NCBI RefSeq assembly: GCF_001194135.2
Contig: NC_069001.1
Location: forward strand, 32,439,443 to 32,503,442
DNA length: 64,000 bases
Source: Octopus bimaculoides
Taxonomy: Eukaryota
Reading direction: 5' to 3'
Shown: positions 62,143 to 64,000 of the stretch, in pieces
Position numbering within the stretch: the first letter of the stretch is position 1
Layout of the letters: the number at the start of each line of letters is the position of its first letter
Notes under the pieces: model-generated
Told to the model about the DNA's origin: nothing
The model's input: only the letters and a program-made list of their open reading frames with translations
Databases searched by the model: none
Made by a program: the position numbers and the translations under genes

Positions 62143-62253
62143 TTATTTATCCATCTATTTACCTATCTATTTATCTATAGTCACCATTTTTGTGTATGTA
62201 TAAATATATATAAATATGTATATATATATATATATTGGCCTTCATACTGGCTT

Positions 62254-62309
<56 letters not shown>

Positions 62310-63622
62310 CATATATAAATTAATAATGAAGGGTGCCACTTGAGGTACCAGTATGCTAAAGAAAGCAATGAAAATAACTCAAAACCACCGTTTTCACTTG
62401 TACACAAAGGCAAAATCGAGGGAATGGGTGTCTATGGTACAGGGTCTTCGAATTTTACTACCCGATCCCTTCATTTCATTCTTGTGTACAAGTGAAAACT
62501 GTAGTTTTGAGTCGTTTTGACTGCTATCTTTAGCATGCTGGTGCTACAAGTGGTACCCTTCAATATTAATTGATAATTTTGCCTTTATGGTTCTTTTAAG
62601 CATGCTAGCCACTGATATTATTGTAAATTATTAATAGTAATATCCTTATATATTTATATATATATACATACACACACACACACACACACACACATATGAT
62701 AGGCTTCTTCCAGTTTCCACCTACCAATTTCACTCATAAGGCTTAGGTCAGCCAGGGTCTATGGAAGACACTTGCCCAAGGTGCCATGCAATGGGACTGA
62801 ACCTAGAACCATATTTTTGAGAAGCAAACTTCTTATCACAAATCAGAATTTTGGAAAAAAGAAAAAAATTCCATATAAAAAGTTTAAGAGTAAAATTTTA
62901 TTTTAGGTTCTATATTTGTTTTGTTTTTGTATGTTTTTTTCATGCAGTTCAACTTGAGTCATCTTCTGGATGGCTTGAATCCAAGAATTATAAATGAATC
63001 AACACTCCCAGACTAATTGAGGATTTTTCATCATCTTTTTAATCCTTTTTGATACTATCCCATCCAAGACAGCCTTTCACCCCCACAATACAAAAATTCT
63101 TGTTTTAAACTGATTTATATTAAAACCTTCCATCAAACTTACATGTTAATTCAAACTTCAAACACAAGATTAAAAACGACAAAGTTATTTTACTAAAAAC
63201 TTCATTATTTTCCAAAATTAATTGAAGCTAAGGCAGTATATTTCAATAGAAACATGGCAATGAAAGGGTTAAAGCAATTTATCCCAACCAGATATAATGT
63301 GATTGTATTTTATATCCATTCTAAGAATGAATAAATCTGGCAGGGCTGGGGATGATTATGAGGTACACCCCCACCCATATACACCCACACCAAGACATAC
63401 ATGCGTGTGCACACACACACACACACACAGCTGTCTAAAAATAGTCTCAATGTGATTTACTGCCTAACACATCAACTTTCAAAAGACATGGCAATCGACT
63501 GATAAGAAAGTAGCAAGTTTTATGTTATAAATGATGAATTAGTATAAAATTTCCGTCAATATACCGAATGCATTTATTTTCAGCATTACATTCTAGGCAA
63601 TTCAATATGTGATCACATCCAT
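51344..63622 (-). CDS. Uncharacterised type I membrane protein: furin-like Cys-rich repeat, TM helix, Thr-rich region, helical domain, C-terminal EPIEV. 5' end lies beyond the window
   Basis: Nine exons (63565-63622, 60310-60413, 59408-59519, 58183-58246, 57080-57107, 54814-55198, 53606-53741, 51909-52327, 51344-51422) join with matching phases into one open frame of 461 codons including the stop. All sites are canonical except the acceptor at 55199. Confidence 0.85.
51909..52327 (-). CDS. FU-TM gene penultimate exon (QDSSTSSEAPRAE...SYVSECSER)
   Basis: TTTACAG acceptor, donor AAG|GTAATA, phase 0/2. Confidence 0.85.
53606..53741 (-). CDS. FU-TM gene exon (GVINQLCRVLGLLNKNELNNSVPADALGLLEWAKQMLNDYYELRQ)
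   Basis: CCTCCAG acceptor, GTCAGT donor, phase 2/0. Confidence 0.88.
54814..55198 (-). CDS. FU-TM gene Thr-rich and helical-domain exon
   Basis: Open frame TSASSTTT...DEQVYFYKLEKMRP...VPTY(K), donor GTACGT. The acceptor reads TTTTTCTGCAA (non-canonical). Contains a 10-N gap flanked by an identical 74-nt copy. Confidence 0.72.
57080..57107 (-). CDS. FU-TM gene 28-nt mini-exon (IPVFDNKGY)
   Basis: TTTTCAG acceptor, GTAAGT donor, phase 0/1. Confidence 0.78.
58183..58246 (-). CDS. FU-TM gene exon (QSANFQENLKSRHLPNEKIRK)
   Basis: AACAG acceptor, GTAAGC donor, phase 2/0. Confidence 0.8.
59408..59519 (-). CDS. FU-TM gene transmembrane exon ((E)SLINTSLWIGLGAGCGAGIILCLLVLLAVFACKKKK)
   Basis: TTTCCAG acceptor, GTAAGG donor. 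Hydrophobic span followed by a poly-Lys stop-transfer signal. Confidence 0.88.
60310..60413 (-). CDS. FU-TM gene exon (CVNFIDETTHTCLDSCHGVSQVSLQGPLQGNICN)
   Basis: TCAATAG acceptor, GTAAGT donor, phase 2/1. Confidence 0.85.
62320..62570. mobile_element. Fold-back MITE (whole-length imperfect palindrome)
   Basis: Arms GAAGGGTGCCACTTG/CAAGTGGTACCCTTC and TTTTCACTTGTACACAA/TTGTGTACAAGTGAAAA. Confidence 0.7.
63565..63622 (-). CDS. FU-TM gene exon ((D)GCDHILNCLECNAENKCI(R))
   Basis: TTTTACAG acceptor, GTATAT donor, phase 1/2. Confidence 0.8.
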
Positions 63623-64000
63623 CTGTAAAAAGAAAAAGAGAGAGAGAATAAAAAGCAAATAAAGAAATTGTTAATACAAATGCTGATTTTACTGTACAAT
63701 TATCTATACAATTCATATTTTTTTCTCATGCAAAAAAGAAAAAAAAAACTTGTTCAGTATTCAAAACAAAAGCTGTGTACAGCAACTTAACTTTACAGAT
63801 TGTAATTATTGCATAGGTGCAGGCATGGCTGTGTGGTAAGAAGCTTGGTCCCTAACCACATGGCTCTGGGTTTAGTCCCACAGTGTGACACCTTGGGCAA
63901 GTGTCTTCTACTATAGCCTTGGACCAACAAAAGCACCGTGAGTGGATTTGGTAGATGGAAACTGAAAGAAGACCATCATATATATATATATATATATATA

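Overview
AT-rich, microsatellite- and SINE-dense animal genomic scaffold with many N gaps. The repeat families look like octopus/coleoid cephalopod (inference). Three spliced protein-coding genes can be rebuilt by hand from GT-AG sites and codon phase. (1) A divergent PP2A-like catalytic subunit on the minus strand (3622-20549). Six of its seven coding exons are visible and exon 6 appears to lie in the 4742-5091 gap. (2) RACK1 on the plus strand (21236-29446, 7 exons, 317 aa), head-to-head with the PP2A-like gene 687 bp away. Its third intron holds a duplicated cluster of C/D-box snoRNA candidates, including two SNORD96-like guides for 5.8S rRNA. (3) An unrecognised single-pass membrane protein on the minus strand (51344-63622, 5' end outside the window). 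It has an 8-Cys furin-like ectodomain, a TM helix, a Thr-rich linker, a helical domain that resembles the MED15 central domain, and a C-terminal -IEV. One of its exons has a phase-correct acceptor reading CAA instead of CAG. The rest is SINEs, MITEs, LINE fragments (R4/Dong, CRE, RTE), Penelope-type hammerhead-like motifs and a few orphan exon candidates. All comparisons with human, yeast and rRNA sequences are from memory, not database searches.
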